The notes beneath the pieces were generated by a model. The model saw only the letters and a list, made by a program, of their open reading frames with translations. It ran no database searches and was not told where the DNA came from. From IMG/VR virus record IMGVR_UViG_3300021088_000009: a stretch of DNA of 64,000 nucleotides. One strand, 5' to 3'. The position numbers and the translations under genes were made by a program. Source of the DNA: a virus. Shown piece by piece: positions 23,022 through 32,551 of the stretch (position 1 is the first letter of the stretch; each line of letters starts with the position of its first letter).

Positions 23022-24953
23022 GTGCACACGTCGCCCTCGTTCGAGAAGCTGTTGGACTACACCGGTTTCAGCCGACGCCCACAACAGGACGCCCTGATGT
23101 CGGCCCTGTCCGCACCCCGCGACACCCCCATCTTCGTCCAAGCCGGAACCGGCGTCGGCAAATCCTTCGCGGTCCTGTCCCGCGCGGCCGACATCGGCAC
23201 CCCCGGCCGCCCCGCCGTCGTCGCCTCGGTGACCAACAGCCTCCTTAACCAGTACGTGGACAAGGATCTCCCCCGCGTCGCCGACGCCACCGGCATCACC
23301 TTCGTCCGCGTGCTCGGCGCGAAGAACTACCTGTGCGCCGACTCCGAAGCCGGCAAACTCGCCGGCGTCAACGACCTCACCCCCGGTGAGCGGGACCGGT
23401 GGATGTACAGCCTGTGCAAGCCGTCCACCAACCCGGCGACGCTGGGCGAGTGGCGCGCGGAAGGCCTCGACTTCACCTACGCCTGCCCCGGATCCGGTTC
23501 CTGTAAAGGAAACATGCGCGTATGGGTGCACGCCCCAGAATGCGACAAGTCCTGTGAGGACACGTGCGAGAACGGCTACCGGGGCGACGACGTGTATGGC
23601 GGGTGCGCGTCCAAGCGGGCCCGGTCCCGCGCGTGGGAAGTGAACATTGTCTTGACGAACTTCCACTTCCTGTACTTCCACCAGTACGTGCTGGAGACCA
23701 CGGCCGAGTCCGGCAACCCGGTGGAGTTGTTGCCGCCGTGGTCGGACCTGTTGATCGATGAAGCGCACCACCTTCCCGAGACGGTGCGGGATCTGCGGAC
23801 CCGGATCATCAAGGAGGGCACCGGAAACCTGATCTTCGCGTTCGAGGATGGCGTGGACCCGCCGGAGGTGTGCGAACAGAACCGGAAGCTGATCAAGGCC
23901 ACGAAGGGGATCATCACGTTCGCCACGGAGGTCCGCAAGCCGTGGGGCAAGTGGGACACCGAACGCCCCATCAACACCGTCCGCACCCCCGGTGAGGTCC
24001 AGTTCCTGGCCAAGTATCGGGACAAGCTCAGCGAGTTCGACGGCGCACCGGTCACCGAAGAGATCAACGGCGAACAGGTCCAGACCTTCGGACGCAGCAC
24101 CCTCGCTGACTTGGCGACGGTGTCCGAGCTCATGCAAGGCGGCGACGCGCAATTGAAGTGGACCGCCTTGCACGGTGAGGAGAACCCGGGCCAGATCAAG
24201 CTGATTCCGATCACCGCGCATGAGTCGTTCGTGGCGCGCATGATCGGCACCGGCGCGTTGGTGACCGGCACGGCCGGGGACACGTTGCCGCGCCGGTGCG
24301 GCGTGTACGACCCGGCGGTGAAGGTCGTGGACGTGGGGCACCCGTTCCGGTACGCCACACAGGTCCGTGGCTGGATTTCCCAGTATTCCGGGGTGAAGTC
24401 CAACGCGAACGACTCCGACGTCGTCAAGGCACGCCTGGCGGAGGTCGCGGCGTTCACTGCCGGGCATCCGTCGCTGGTGTTGTGCACGTCGCATGCGGAC
24501 GTGAAGTTGGTGGCGAACACGCTGTCCCGGAAGGCGCATGTGTTTCTTCAGCCCCGGGAGGGTGGTTCGATCGCGGCAAACGAGGTCGCGGCACAGTATC
24601 GAGCCATGGCGGAGCGGGGCTGTCCGGCGGTGTTGATCGGCACGTCCAGTTACGCAACCGGCCTGGACCTTCCCGGTGACCTGTTGACCCGCGTTGTGCT
24701 CTGGTCGTTTTTCGGGATGGCGGATCACGTGGCACAGCAGATGTCGCGCCGATACTCGGGATTCGTGGAGGAACAGCGGCACACGCGGGTGGTGCAGTCC
24801 GCCGGCCGCCTGATCCGCACGGACACCGACCAGGGGGAGATCCTGGTGTCCGACTGCCGTTTCTGGGACTTGTTGCGGCGGGTCAAGAAGTACGAGTTGG
24901 TGTTGGACAAGCATCTGTTGGAAATCCCCTGGCAGAAATACCCCAGGAGTTGA
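23022..24953 (+). CDS. DinG/Rad3-like (XPD-family) SF2 helicase with Fe-S Cys cluster
   Basis: 643 aa. Lies downstream of promoter copy P7. Walker A motif QAGTGVGKS. DEAH box in LLIDEAHHL. Cys-rich insert between the two motifs (C..C..C..C). Confidence 0.75.
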   Translation: MHTSPSFEKLLDYTGFSRRPQQDALMSALSAPRDTPIFVQAGTGVGKSFAVLSRAADIGTPGRPAVVASVTNSLLNQYVDKDLPRVADATGITFVRVLGAKNYLCADSEAGKLAGVNDLTPGERDRWMYSLCKPSTNPATLGEWRAEGLDFTYACPGSGSCKGNMRVWVHAPECDKSCEDTCENGYRGDDVYGGCASKRARSRAWEVNIVLTNFHFLYFHQYVLETTAESGNPVELLPPWSDLLIDEAHHLPETVRDLRTRIIKEGTGNLIFAFEDGVDPPEVCEQNRKLIKATKGIITFATEVRKPWGKWDTERPINTVRTPGEVQFLAKYRDKLSEFDGAPVTEEINGEQVQTFGRSTLADLATVSELMQGGDAQLKWTALHGEENPGQIKLIPITAHESFVARMIGTGALVTGTAGDTLPRRCGVYDPAVKVVDVGHPFRYATQVRGWISQYSGVKSNANDSDVVKARLAEVAAFTAGHPSLVLCTSHADVKLVANTLSRKAHVFLQPREGGSIAANEVAAQYRAMAERGCPAVLIGTSSYATGLDLPGDLLTRVVLWSFFGMADHVAQQMSRRYSGFVEEQRHTRVVQSAGRLIRTDTDQGEILVSDCRFWDLLRRVKKYELVLDKHLLEIPWQKYPRS

Positions 24954-25005
24954 CCAGTCAATACTGGTCGGCTAGACTCCGGCCTGTCTGACTCAAGGAG
25001 GTCAC

Positions 25006-25560
25006 ATGGGCTGGTGTAGCGGGACCAGTATCTTCGACGATGTGCTCCGCGCGGCCTTGCCGCACATCACCGACAAGGCCGCGCGGGAACGTTTCGTGTA
25101 CCAGGTCGCCGTCACCCTCTGGGAAGGTGACTGGGACTGTGAAGGCGACTCCGACTACTACCAGGAATTTCAGCACATCCTGGACGCGGGGGAGGACAGC
25201 GACAAGCCATGGGCGAAAGACCCCGTGGTGGCCGCGAAATTCCCGCCGGTCAAAACGTACCGCAAGACCTACGTGACGCCCGCCATCGAATACACCGGCT
25301 ACAACTTCCACAACGTCCGCGCCTTCTGTGAAGGCGACGGCGGCCATGTGTGGGGAATCGCGGACATCAACGACACCTACGGCAACACAAGGAACCACCC
25401 GGCGTCCACGATGAACGAGCTGTGCGTGTACGACTACTTGCGTCGCGCGTGGATTCCCTTCTCGGTCGGCGACCACATCGCGAAAGGGTCAACCGGGGAG
25501 CACTACCCGATCGGGGCCAGCGTCCTGAAAACTGACTACGTGGAGGTGACTCTCACGTGA
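25006..25560 (+). CDS. hypothetical protein
   Basis: AAGGAGG RBS, ATG start. 184 aa. Confidence 0.65.
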   Translation: MGWCSGTSIFDDVLRAALPHITDKAARERFVYQVAVTLWEGDWDCEGDSDYYQEFQHILDAGEDSDKPWAKDPVVAAKFPPVKTYRKTYVTPAIEYTGYNFHNVRAFCEGDGGHVWGIADINDTYGNTRNHPASTMNELCVYDYLRRAWIPFSVGDHIAKGSTGEHYPIGASVLKTDYVEVTLT

Positions 25561-26366
25561 GTGAGCACAACGGCACCCGACCCATCCCATCGTCCTGGGT
25601 CACCGGGGCCATGGTCGGACTCGACACGGAAACCACTGGTGTCGACCCCGAGAACGACCGCATCGTGACCGCGACCGTGATCGCGGACATTCCGGGCTAC
25701 CCGCTGGAAATCAGCAACTGGACGATCGACCCTGGGGTGGAGATCCCGGCGGCCGCGTCCGAGATTCACGGGGTCACCACGGAGCACGTGCGGGAGAACG
25801 GCCAGCGGCCGATGGTCGCGGTGTGGGACATCTGGGACACGATCGCCGCGTACTGGCGAGACGACACTCCGCTGGTGATCTACAACGCGCCGTTCGACCT
25901 GACGTTGTTGGATCGGGAGTTGGCGCGGCACGGGTACGGCGGTCTGGAGATCCGGGGGCCGGTGATCTGTCCGCTGACGATTGACCGTGCTGTGGACCGC
26001 TACCGCAAGGGCAAGCGGACCCTGACGGATCTGTGCAAGTTTTACGGGGTGGAGCTGGTCAACGCGCACACGTCGGAGGCGGACGTGGCGGCCACGTTGA
26101 TGATCGCCCGCATCATCGGCGAGAAGTACCCGGCCGTGGGCACCGCGTCACTGGAGAAGCTGAACCAGCACCAAAAGGCGTGGTACCACAACTGGGCAAT
26201 GAACTTCGCGGCGTATCTGGTCAGGTCCGCGCATGAGGTGAGCGCGGCCGAGGAAGAACGTCTGCGTGCGATGGTCGACAACTTGAAGGCCAACGCGAGG
26301 AACTGGCCCATGATTCCGGCCAGTGGAGACTTCCATCCCGCACAACGCGGAGATGGGAACGAGTAA
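25557..26366 (+). CDS. DnaQ-like DEDDh 3'-5' exonuclease (Pol III epsilon-like)
   Basis: Exo I motif GLDTETTG. Exo II motif YNAPFD. Exo III motif HTSEADVAAT. 269 aa. Confidence 0.8.
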   Translation: MSEHNGTRPIPSSWVTGAMVGLDTETTGVDPENDRIVTATVIADIPGYPLEISNWTIDPGVEIPAAASEIHGVTTEHVRENGQRPMVAVWDIWDTIAAYWRDDTPLVIYNAPFDLTLLDRELARHGYGGLEIRGPVICPLTIDRAVDRYRKGKRTLTDLCKFYGVELVNAHTSEADVAATLMIARIIGEKYPAVGTASLEKLNQHQKAWYHNWAMNFAAYLVRSAHEVSAAEEERLRAMVDNLKANARNWPMIPASGDFHPAQRGDGNE

Positions 26367-26392
26367 CGCACTAACACCAAGGAGTGTGGCTT

Positions 26393-27286
26393 ATGGGTAT
26401 TTTTGTGGTGGGCTGTCTGCTGGGGGTCATTGCCCTGATCGGGGTCGTGGTCGCCATTGGCGGCCGCGACGATGAGGGAATGTTGGTCGGTGGTGCTGTC
26501 ACGGCCATCGTCGCGGGTCTTCTCAGCGGTGGCCTCATCATCGCGGACTCCCACGTGAGCGTGGACGCGAACACGGTGGCCATCATTCAGGAGTTCGGGA
26601 AGCCCGTTGGCGACCCGGCGGGGCCGGGCTGGAACTGGACCGCGCCGTGGGCGACCGCGTCCGTGATCGACACGAAGGTGCAGACCACGGCGCGGCTGGC
26701 CGGCGACAAGGGCGACACGCCGGGCGCGGACTGCGTGAAGGTCAACTTCAAGGACAACGCGTCGGCGTGCGCGGACATCACCATCTCCTACCGGGTGTCG
26801 TCCGAGAACGCGGTGAAGTTGTGGCGCAACTACAGCTCCCTGGATGACGCCCGGGACAAGCTGTTGCGGCCGGCGACCGACAGCGCTGCGCGGGAGGTGT
26901 ATGGCTCGTTCACGTCCTTGGACGTGATCGACGGGTCCAAGCAATCGGCCATCACTGACGGCATCACCAGTTCATTGCGCGCCAAGCTGGCCAGCTCCGG
27001 CCTGGACCTGGTGTCGGTGGCCCCGGGCCAGATCCACCTGTCCGACTCGGCTCAGGCGAACCTGGACAAGCTCCGCAACGCCCAGGTGGAGACGCAGGTG
27101 GCGCAGCAGACGCTGGCGAAGAACCAGGCGTTGGCAGCGGCGAACAACGCGTTGAACGCGTCGCTGACCGACGGCATCAAGTTCGAGGACTGCCTCAACG
27201 TGGCGCGGGACATCAAGACGGTGGGCTTTTCGTGTACCGGTTCGGGGTCGAACATGCTCTTGAACGTGTCCGGGTCGAACAAGTAG
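26393..27286 (+). CDS. SPFH/band-7 (stomatin/prohibitin-like) membrane protein
   Basis: AAGGAG RBS. N-terminal TM helix. The SPFH-like core begins with TVAIIQEFGKP. Coiled-coil C-terminus. Confidence 0.65.
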   Translation: MGIFVVGCLLGVIALIGVVVAIGGRDDEGMLVGGAVTAIVAGLLSGGLIIADSHVSVDANTVAIIQEFGKPVGDPAGPGWNWTAPWATASVIDTKVQTTARLAGDKGDTPGADCVKVNFKDNASACADITISYRVSSENAVKLWRNYSSLDDARDKLLRPATDSAAREVYGSFTSLDVIDGSKQSAITDGITSSLRAKLASSGLDLVSVAPGQIHLSDSAQANLDKLRNAQVETQVAQQTLAKNQALAAANNALNASLTDGIKFEDCLNVARDIKTVGFSCTGSGSNMLLNVSGSNK

Positions 27287-27297
27287 TGTCGGTGGCC

Positions 27298-27348
27298 TGG
27301 CGGCCCGTGCTCCTTCCCGAAGGGGGCGCGGGCCGCTGCTGTTTTCTG
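27298..27348 (+). terminator. rho-independent terminator
   Basis: Stem gcggcccg...cgggccgc followed by TGCTGTTTTCTG. Confidence 0.55.
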
Positions 27349-27356
27349 AGGAACAC

Positions 27357-27401
27357 TCAAGGCTAGAAGAGTTGACAACCCGGGGATATACGACTAGTGT
27401 C
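27357..27401 (+). promoter_or_regulatory. promoter copy P8
   Basis: CTCAAGGCTAGAAGAGTTGACAACCCGGGG with -35 at 27373-27378. -10 TAGTGT at 27396-27401. Confidence 0.6.
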
Positions 27402-27433
27402 ATCCTCAGTTGATCACCAAGGAGGTCGCCCCT

Positions 27434-28027
27434 ATGACACAAGCCGGATGGGTGGATCACGGCAACGGCCGCCACAGCTTCCGACCCGCCGGGTCCCTCA
27501 ACATCCCCCGGCCCACCCCAACGACCATCCCCCGGCCCGCGCCGGACGCGGCCACCGTCACCACCGTGGAAGGACACGACGTCCCCTCCCCCCACGACGA
27601 GTCCGTGAACGGACTGCTCCGGCGGCTGATCTTCCTCAACACCCAACTCAAGACAACCGAGGGAAGCGTCAAGACCCTCAAGGCGGAGATCCGGGAAGTC
27701 GACGAGAAAATCCGCGAGCACTGGGCCGAGGAGAACATCAACCAGGCCGGCATCGAAGGCAAGATTGCCTACCTGTATCCCGTGTACCACGTGGAAAAGG
27801 TGGACGGTGCGTCCACTGACGACATCCGCCAGGCACTCCGGGACGCCGGCCTTGACTACATGATGTCGGAGAACTACTCCGCGTCATCGCTCACGGCGTA
27901 CCTGAAGGAGCTCCGCCAGGCCGGCGACGAACCGCCCGCACCGCTCGCGGCCGTCGTCAAACTCGTCCCCAGCTCCGTGATCCGCCTCAAGGAAGCCGGC
28001 GCACGGACCGCGCCCATCGCCTACTGA
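27434..28027 (+). CDS. hypothetical protein (Pro-rich N-terminus, coiled-coil)
   Basis: Lies downstream of promoter copy P8. AAGGAGG RBS, ATG start. 197 aa. Confidence 0.65.
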   Translation: MTQAGWVDHGNGRHSFRPAGSLNIPRPTPTTIPRPAPDAATVTTVEGHDVPSPHDESVNGLLRRLIFLNTQLKTTEGSVKTLKAEIREVDEKIREHWAEENINQAGIEGKIAYLYPVYHVEKVDGASTDDIRQALRDAGLDYMMSENYSASSLTAYLKELRQAGDEPPAPLAAVVKLVPSSVIRLKEAGARTAPIAY

Positions 28028-28161
28028 TCACAGTTTCCCGGCACCCGGCGGCAACACGCCGGACACCCGGGCGGGCGGCTGTACTCTCGCGAGACACCGC
28101 CCACACCTCCCGCCCCGGCGGGAGTTCCTTCACCCATCACCCCTCAAGGAGCATGATCCAC

Positions 28162-29004
28162 ATGGCTGGCACCGACGTGGCCAAGAAGGCCACCGGGGCG
28201 GTTGTCGAGATCTCCGACGACTTCCGCGCCAAGTACGGCCGCGCCCTCGTTCCCGACGACGACATGGCTGAGCTCATGGCCGAGACGTTCGGCGACGACG
28301 AACCCGGCATCCGCGACCTGGTCCACATCAAGTTCCCCACCGGCGGGGAAACCTCGTGGATCGTCACCAAGGGCGGCAACAAGCAACTGGTCAGCGAGCT
28401 GATCGGCGTGCTGGTCCTCCAGAACCCGCAGCGCGTGTTCTGGTCCGACCCGGACCCCAAGAACAACCCGCCCGAGTGCATGAGCATGGACGGCAAGAAG
28501 CCCCTCGACGGCGGCGTGTTCACCGCTGACGGCCCCGGCGTCATGATTAACGGCGCGATGGTCACCAACCCTGGCGGCACATGCAAGACGTGCCCCATGG
28601 CCCAGTGGGGCTCCGACCTCAAGGGCCGCGCCGGACAGGGCTGCAAGGAACGCAAGCTGCTGTTCCTGATCACCGAAGGCTCCATGCTGCCCACCGTGGT
28701 CACCGTGCCGCCCGCGTCCCTCAAGTCGTTCAAGGACTTCGTGTACGGCCTGGCCACCGACGGCGTCGGCTACTGGGGCGTGGAGATCGGCCTGGGCCTG
28801 GTCGGCGCGACCGCCAAGGACGGCACCGACTACGCGGCGCTCAAGCCCCGCGTCATCCGGCCCCTGACCGACGCGGAGACCGGCGCGGCCAAGGAGTACA
28901 AGGAAATGGTGAAGGCGTGGGTGGCGAATTCGCCCGCGACGATGTTCGTGGAGAACACCGCCGACTCCGGCGGTGAGGTGAACCTGGAGGACTACGACTC
29001 GTGA
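28162..29004 (+). CDS. hypothetical protein
   Basis: AAGGAG RBS, second ATG chosen as start. About 280 aa. Carries the motifs CKTCP...GCKER. Confidence 0.6.
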   Translation: MAGTDVAKKATGAVVEISDDFRAKYGRALVPDDDMAELMAETFGDDEPGIRDLVHIKFPTGGETSWIVTKGGNKQLVSELIGVLVLQNPQRVFWSDPDPKNNPPECMSMDGKKPLDGGVFTADGPGVMINGAMVTNPGGTCKTCPMAQWGSDLKGRAGQGCKERKLLFLITEGSMLPTVVTVPPASLKSFKDFVYGLATDGVGYWGVEIGLGLVGATAKDGTDYAALKPRVIRPLTDAETGAAKEYKEMVKAWVANSPATMFVENTADSGGEVNLEDYDS

Positions 29005-31178
29005 GCAATGCCGGGCAGGACATTAGCGCGTTCTGCTCGGCGCTTCTCGGCGGTGGAGACGGAACCGGAGACGACCGACTTTCGGGATACTCGGTTTCCG
29101 TCTTCTCTCTTCCAGACAGGGTGACGCGATGGATTCCGGCGGAGGTCCCGGAAGCCATCGCGTCAGCTGTCTCGGAACTGGCTGGCCGCCAACCAAGCGC
29201 CGTGCACGCGGTGTACATCGGACTCGGTTTCGTGCCAAACGAAATCGCGAAGCGCAAGGAGGCAGCCAAGAAGGGGCAACGCGCGGAGGCGGGGGATATT
29301 GCTGGTATCCCGGGCCTTTGGGCCGATATCGACATCGCAGGGCACGGGCACAAGAAAGCCGGCCTGCCGGCTAGCGTCAAATCCGCGATGAAAATCCTGG
29401 ACGCCTGCGGTGTGCCGCCCACCCTGATCGTGCACACCGGCAACGGCATTCAGGCGTGGTGGGCGTTCTCCGAACCGTTGATCTTCGACAACGACAACGA
29501 GAAAGCCGCTATCGCCGCACTCGCCCGCGACTGGAACCTGACACTCAAAATCCGGGCGCGGGAAGCCGGCGGCTGGGAAGCCGGCGTGGACTCCGTGTTC
29601 GACCTCACCCGGTTGATGCGCGCCGTGGGCACCACCAACACCAAGGACGCGGACGGCCAGCACGGCGGTCCCGTCGAAGGACACCGCCCGGTGCGGATCC
29701 TCCGCAACAACGGCTACACCTACGACCCAGACGACTTCCGAGGATTCCTCGCCGACGACATGGCGCTGGCGTCCCTGACCGCCGTGAAGGCGGTCAGCGG
29801 CGCGGACGCGACCACGTTGCCGAACGTGGACCTCCCGGCGGTGTGGCGGCGGGTGCGCGCCGACATGGCCCGCGACCACAACTACATGCCCCAGTTCGTG
29901 GGGCTCATGATCGAAGCCGGCCACGACAAGGTGGAGGACACTTGGCACGGCCGGCGACCCGACCTCAACGGCGACCAGTCCGCGTACGACGCGGCGCTGG
30001 TCCGGATGCTGTACGACAGTGGCGCGTCGCCGGAACAGCTCGTGGAGGCGGTCATGTGCCGCCGGTTGCGGAGCAAGGACACCGACAAAGTGGATCCCGC
30101 GCGCCGCACCGACTATGTGGTGCGGACCGTGCTGAACGTGACCGCGTTGGCGGAGAAGGCCAACGCGGGCCGTAACGAGCTGGCCGGGAAACTTCAGGCG
30201 TTGCGGGACGTGCCGCCCGTGGTGGTGGACGCGTCAGCCGTGAGCGTTCCCGTCCCGGCCCCGGCCGAACCCGTGGCCGCGCTTGAACCGGCCGAGGCCG
30301 CCCCGACGCTGGTCGTGGTGACCGAACCGGAACCCGAACCCGCACAGGAAGCCACGCCCGAACCCGCGCCCGTGGAACGCAACGCGGCGTCCGCGAACGT
30401 GCTGGAAGTGCTGGATCTTCTCCTGATCCCCCAGAAGTTCCGGGACATCGGAGTGCGCACGGTGGGCATGGAGCACCGCGACTACGGCGAGAACCAGAAG
30501 GGCCGCCTGATCTTCGACATCCCGCCTGGCTACCAGTGGCCCGGGTCGGGCCCGGCGCTGTATCGGCCGGGGAAACCGTTGAAGGCCGAGTGGTACCGCA
30601 AGGACATTTTCGAGGTGCCCAAGGGGTATCAGACGACGTTGAAGCGGGACGCGATGATCCCGTCCCGCCACGTTGGGAAAAACAAAGAAGAATGGGAAGC
30701 CGTCATTGAGGAGTTGACGGGGCACTGGGAACGCGATTCCAGCGGCGCGGACCTGGCGACCACCGTCAGCGACTGGTTGCGGAACTATTTGACATCGCAC
30801 GCGCCGACCACCGTGGAGTTCGAGGCGGTGGACAACAAGCGCGCGTACATGGTGGACACCGGCAACTGGGGCGCGAACGGTACCCCGCGCGTGTGGTTCC
30901 TGTTCTCCGCGTTCGCCGAGTTCGTGTCGGCGCAGCCCGGCGGCCGGAACTACGCGGGCCGCGCGGCCCGCAACCTCATCGACTACTTGCATGTGCAAGA
31001 ACTTCCTCGGCCGCGCATGACTGGCCCCGACGGCCAGAAACGACGCACCAACTGGTTCGAAATCGAACCGGACCAGTTCGGCATGGACGACTGGGGGCTG
31101 GTGCTGGAAATCGCCCAGGAGCACATGACATCCGGTGAGGAACGGCGCATGAAAGCAATTCAGGGAGGTCTGGCGTGA
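29001..31178 (+). CDS. bifunctional DNA primase/polymerase (PrimPol, AEP family) N-terminal domain protein
   Basis: 725 aa. D-x-D motif in LWADIDIAGHGHKK. SGxGxH-type motif in HTGNGIQAWW. Confidence 0.65.
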   Translation: MSNAGQDISAFCSALLGGGDGTGDDRLSGYSVSVFSLPDRVTRWIPAEVPEAIASAVSELAGRQPSAVHAVYIGLGFVPNEIAKRKEAAKKGQRAEAGDIAGIPGLWADIDIAGHGHKKAGLPASVKSAMKILDACGVPPTLIVHTGNGIQAWWAFSEPLIFDNDNEKAAIAALARDWNLTLKIRAREAGGWEAGVDSVFDLTRLMRAVGTTNTKDADGQHGGPVEGHRPVRILRNNGYTYDPDDFRGFLADDMALASLTAVKAVSGADATTLPNVDLPAVWRRVRADMARDHNYMPQFVGLMIEAGHDKVEDTWHGRRPDLNGDQSAYDAALVRMLYDSGASPEQLVEAVMCRRLRSKDTDKVDPARRTDYVVRTVLNVTALAEKANAGRNELAGKLQALRDVPPVVVDASAVSVPVPAPAEPVAALEPAEAAPTLVVVTEPEPEPAQEATPEPAPVERNAASANVLEVLDLLLIPQKFRDIGVRTVGMEHRDYGENQKGRLIFDIPPGYQWPGSGPALYRPGKPLKAEWYRKDIFEVPKGYQTTLKRDAMIPSRHVGKNKEEWEAVIEELTGHWERDSSGADLATTVSDWLRNYLTSHAPTTVEFEAVDNKRAYMVDTGNWGANGTPRVWFLFSAFAEFVSAQPGGRNYAGRAARNLIDYLHVQELPRPRMTGPDGQKRRTNWFEIEPDQFGMDDWGLVLEIAQEHMTSGEERRMKAIQGGLA

Positions 31179-31918
31179 TCGAGGTGATAGCCGGCGTCCG
31201 TGACCTGTGCGCGTACTGCGGTGCCCTGTGCGACTGGTGGTGGCGCGGCGCGGACTTCTACGCCTGCGTCCATCCGCAGTGCGCGGAGCACCTGGCGGCC
31301 CGCTGTCCGGCCCTTCTCGGCCGGGCGGCGGCCGCCGTGGTGGTCAACGCCCCCGCGCGGCGTGGTGCGTACGCACGGCGGGGAGGCGTCCAGACGGCGG
31401 CGCTGTTCATCCCGTCCCGGTTCGCGGGGCACACCCGCAACGACGCGTGGCTGGCGGTGGCGGAGACGAACACGGGACAGGTCACCGTGCCTTGTGGCGG
31501 CAACGCGGGACACGGCGTGTCGGTGATGTGGAACTGGGAACTGTTGGCCGTGGGCGGCCAGCCGATCGGTAACGGCGGGGTGCGTGCGATCGGGGGGGCG
31601 CTGTTCGATCCGGACGGTGAGGCGGCAATGGCGTGGGGCTGGCAGCCGGAACGCGGTCAGCCCGCGTATGAGCCGATCTACCAGGTCCAAGACTGGTTCA
31701 CGTGCCCGCAGTGCGGCATGTGGGTGTGGCCTGGCCGGTGGGTGCGTGTCGCGGACCGGGCGTGCCGCTGGTGCCTGTCGGGCACAGACAACCGGACGTG
31801 GCCGGTGGAGGCGGACTTCCCAGGAGACGCGTTCGTCCCTGATCATATGAGGGATGACGCCCCGAAGGGGCGGCGACGGCGCACCGTGAAGGAGTTCAAC
31901 CGTGGAGAGCACGATTAA
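31175..31918 (+). CDS. hypothetical Cys-rich (zinc-finger) protein
   Basis: GTGA start/stop overlap with the upstream gene. 247 aa. Multiple CxxC pairs. Confidence 0.6.
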   Translation: MIEVIAGVRDLCAYCGALCDWWWRGADFYACVHPQCAEHLAARCPALLGRAAAAVVVNAPARRGAYARRGGVQTAALFIPSRFAGHTRNDAWLAVAETNTGQVTVPCGGNAGHGVSVMWNWELLAVGGQPIGNGGVRAIGGALFDPDGEAAMAWGWQPERGQPAYEPIYQVQDWFTCPQCGMWVWPGRWVRVADRACRWCLSGTDNRTWPVEADFPGDAFVPDHMRDDAPKGRRRRTVKEFNRGEHD

Positions 31919-32069
31919 CAGCTCGACAGCGTTTCACCCGTTTCGGTGGATCTTCGGCGCGCTGGTGGCGGTGGTGGTGGCGTACCTGGTGGGTGTGGGT
32001 GTGAACAGCCCGGCCCCGGCGGCACAGTGCACGTACGTTCCGCCTACTGCGGTTGCTCCGACACGGTGA
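31902..32069 (+). CDS. 55-aa small membrane protein
   Basis: AAGGAG RBS, 7-nt spacer, GTG start. Overlaps the upstream gene's 3' end by 17 nt. TM helix IFGALVAVVVAYLVGVGV. Strong GC3. Confidence 0.45.
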   Translation: MESTINSSTAFHPFRWIFGALVAVVVAYLVGVGVNSPAPAAQCTYVPPTAVAPTR

Positions 32070-32074
32070 TGGTG

Positions 32075-32105
32075 AAGCCGCCCCTGGTGGGCGGCTTCTC
32101 TCTCG
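32075..32105 (+). terminator. rho-independent terminator
   Basis: Stem gaagccgccc/gggcggcttc followed by TCTCTC. Confidence 0.55.
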
Positions 32106-32117
32106 CCCAAGACCCCA

Positions 32118-32150
32118 ACACTTGACAAACCAAGCTTGCTTGGCTAGTTT
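32118..32150 (+). promoter_or_regulatory. promoter copy P10 with palindromic spacer (candidate operator)
   Basis: -35 TTGACA at 32122-32127. Spacer contains the palindrome CCAAGCTTGCTTGG. -10 TAGTTT at 32145-32150. Lies upstream of the HTH regulator gene. Confidence 0.55.
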
Positions 32151-32174
32151 CATTCCTGAAAGGAGAGTCAGCAC

Positions 32175-32531
32175 ATGGCCGAACACGAAGAGGAACGCGC
32201 GTGTCGACGCTGCAACCTGCCGATGACGGGCAGCCGCAACGCCGAACCCGGCGAACGGAAACACGTGTCACGCGGCCTGTGTTCAAGCTGCTACTACGGC
32301 GTCCGCACCCGGGGGGAACTGGACCTGTACCCACTCCTCCAAAACAACCGGGAGGACATCGTGGCGGCGTTCGTCGCCGCCCGCACAGCTGACCCGAAAA
32401 TCAGTCAGGAAGACGTCGCGAAATCCCTCGGGATTCACCGAACCACCCTCGCGATGAACCTGCGTCGGGCCGTCGAGTTGGGAGACCCTCGCGTCACCAA
32501 CAGCGGCGGAGTCCTCGACATCGTCAACTAG
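32175..32531 (+). CDS. HTH transcriptional regulator with N-terminal zinc ribbon
   Basis: Lies downstream of promoter copy P10. GAAAGGAGAG RBS. HTH motif ISQEDVAKSLGIHRTTLAMNLRRA. Confidence 0.65.
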   Translation: MAEHEEERACRRCNLPMTGSRNAEPGERKHVSRGLCSSCYYGVRTRGELDLYPLLQNNREDIVAAFVAARTADPKISQEDVAKSLGIHRTTLAMNLRRAVELGDPRVTNSGGVLDIVN

Positions 32532-32551
32532 CACACCAAGGAGTCCCACCT

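Noticed and set aside
20934-24914. 1326-aa minus-strand ORF spanning the Ro60 and DinG-like helicase genes
   Set aside because: Antisense artefact of GC-rich coding DNA. Its translation is Arg/Gly/Pro/His-rich with no domains. The plus-strand genes have clear motifs (MIDAS, Walker A/B).
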